Source: Intoshia linei (taxonomy: Eukaryota > Animalia > Orthonectida). Taken from it: 40,098 nt of DNA. Position 1 is the first letter of the stretch. Every line of letters starts with the position of its first letter. The stretch covers positions 1 through 40,098 of the forward strand of contig LWCA01000206.1 in the NCBI GenBank assembly GCA_001642005.1, in the 5' to 3' direction. The translations under genes and the position numbers were made by a program. Below the pieces are notes generated by a model that did no database searches, was not told the DNA's origin, and worked only from the letters and a program-made list of their open reading frames with translations. Shown here piece by piece: positions 38,485-40,098 of this stretch.

Positions 38485-38642
38485 TAAAGTGGTCTGAAAA
38501 ATACGCACTATCACTTTTAGTTTATTTGGAATAAATTTTAAGCCGAAAATTTTTATTCGCCATCATAGATAAGTAGTTTTGGCTTTATATTTAACACCAA
38601 ATAAACTAAAAGTGATAGTACGTGTTTTTTCTGACCACTTTA
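38485..38642. mobile_element. Tc1/mariner-like MITE, copy 2
   Basis: TAAAGTGGTCTGAAAAA / TTTTTCTGACCACTTTA; the interior is the reverse complement of 9315-9501. Confidence 0.85.
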
Positions 38643-39107
38643 TCTTAATGTCCATCTATGATATACAAGATAAATTTTGAAAAACTTGATTCGTTTAGAA
38701 ACGCACACGTTCCATAAGTTCCATCAATAACATACAACTCAGTGTGTAACAACTACTCAGTCAATACATTTTAAAATTATGACATGGGAATAAAACTAGC
38801 GTAATACAGTAGTAATACAATAATATACGAGTTCAAAGTAAAATTAATATTTCAGACAGTGAAAGGGTGTAATGTTATGTTACTTGAAGTATGCATATAT
38901 GTATATTAAATGTATGAAAATATCACGATTTTCTTTATTTAATTTATAGGATAGATTAATTGACACATTTTTGTATAAAATCCTTTCTATATTATTTATT
39001 ATACTATACTTTATTGGAACTATTACTACTCATTTAGGCTTATCAGATTCTATAAACGATTAGTCTTGCTCGTTTCCCTCAATCTTTACAATATAAAAAT
39101 ACAAATA

Positions 39108-39362
39108 CAGTCAAAATCTCATTTAATGAAAATAGCAAAACGTTAAAATGGCATATTCCTTAATTTCATTTAACGAAAATATTAGAAATGTAACTGCATT
39201 ATTAATGTGCTGCTGCATAAAATAATATTAAATTTACGCGTTCGTTAATCAAAAATTCGTTAAATACGAGATATTTAGGCATTTATATAGAAAATAAAAT
39301 TTCTACATTCGTTAAATGAAATATTCGTTAAACAAAACATTCGTTAAATAAGATTTTGACTG
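39108..39362. mobile_element. pogo/Tigger-like MITE
   Basis: TA|CAGTCAAAATCT..ATTTAA ... TTAAAT..AGATTTTGACTG|TA with repeated TTCGTTAA subterminal motifs. Confidence 0.8.
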
Positions 39363-39579
39363 TATATTACCATTTATACGTATTTAGATTTACTACATCA
39401 TGTCAAATAAACGATGCCGAAATAAGTTATTACATTAAGATTATAGTGAATAAAAAAATAAAACATCCAATAAAAATAACGGCTTCTTACTTGCACTCAT
39501 CGATAATATTTCATAGTAGATATATAGATTTCATAGAGATAATAAAAAAATAAATTCACTTTTTGCTTTATTTTTAAAT

Positions 39580-40098
39580 TAATGAGCAGATTAACTGCAA
39601 TGACATGCAGTAATAGTGATGGGTCTAATAAATTAAAATTATTAGTATTAGGAAAAGCCAAAAACCCGCGTTCTATCAAGAATATAGAGTTTCCAGTAAT
39701 ATATTAATCATCAAGTAAAGGATGGATGACACGTAAAGTATTTAAAAACAGGTTTTTGAACGATTTCGTTGAGTCAGTAAAGAATTTTTCAAAAAAGTCA
39801 AATATACCAGCAACACCATTGTTGGTTGTGGATAATGCACCTTCACACATATTTTATGATCCTTTAGAATCAGAAGACGGGCTAATAAAAATCGTATATT
39901 TACCACTGAATACCACGTCGGTTTTACAGCCGATGGATCAACACATATTATATTCTATGAAATTTAAATATGCAAAAAAACTATATTACGATATGTACAC
40001 CGATACCTCTGTTGATACTATAAATTTGTATAGTATAGATATTCATACCAAAAAAATCAATATCAAGGAAGCTATTTTTATATTGAACAGCGCATGGA
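39580..40098 (+). pseudogene. Tigger/pogo (jerky/TIGD-like) DDE_1 transposase remnant, runs off the window
   Basis: DGSNKLKLLVLGKAKNPRS, Y*SSSKGWMT (in-frame stop), LLVVDNAPSH and YLPLNTTSVLQPMDQ. Confidence 0.88.

Larger units (their letters stand above)
37882..38867. mobile_element. Possible older piggyBac-type element holding a nested Helitron-like piece and a MITE
   Basis: CCCTTTC at 37882 and AGTGAAAGGG ending at 38867 are similar to the 5987-6170 termini, but the TTAA sites are degenerate. Confidence 0.4.

Overview
This is very AT-rich eukaryotic (metazoan) genomic DNA with GT-AG spliceosomal introns. Many introns are about 35-60 nt; the long ones are filled with DNA-transposon debris. 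The divergent proteins and compact layout suggest a reduced animal parasite genome such as an orthonectid, but this is an inference only. Manual splicing gives 10 host genes: MED10-like (ends unresolved), TMEM33, RPLP2, RBM42, GAR1, TM9SF1-like, an intronless divergent 7TM receptor, an orphan single-pass membrane protein with an Asn-rich tail, IPMK and a ppGalNAc-transferase. Mobile DNA includes decayed Chapaev, piggyBac and Tigger/pogo transposases, several MITEs (piggyBac-, pogo-, Tc1- and MULE-like) and about a dozen pieces of one Helitron-like family with ~130-bp internal repeats. No CRISPR array, tRNA or rRNA was seen, and I cannot support a clear novel multi-gene system. The best leads are the rewritten P-stalk C-terminal motif of RPLP2, the GAR1/TM9SF1 stop codons only 12 bp apart, tight gene packing with splice acceptors just before ATGs (possible operon or trans-splicing), the apparently broken MED10, and two orphan membrane proteins.
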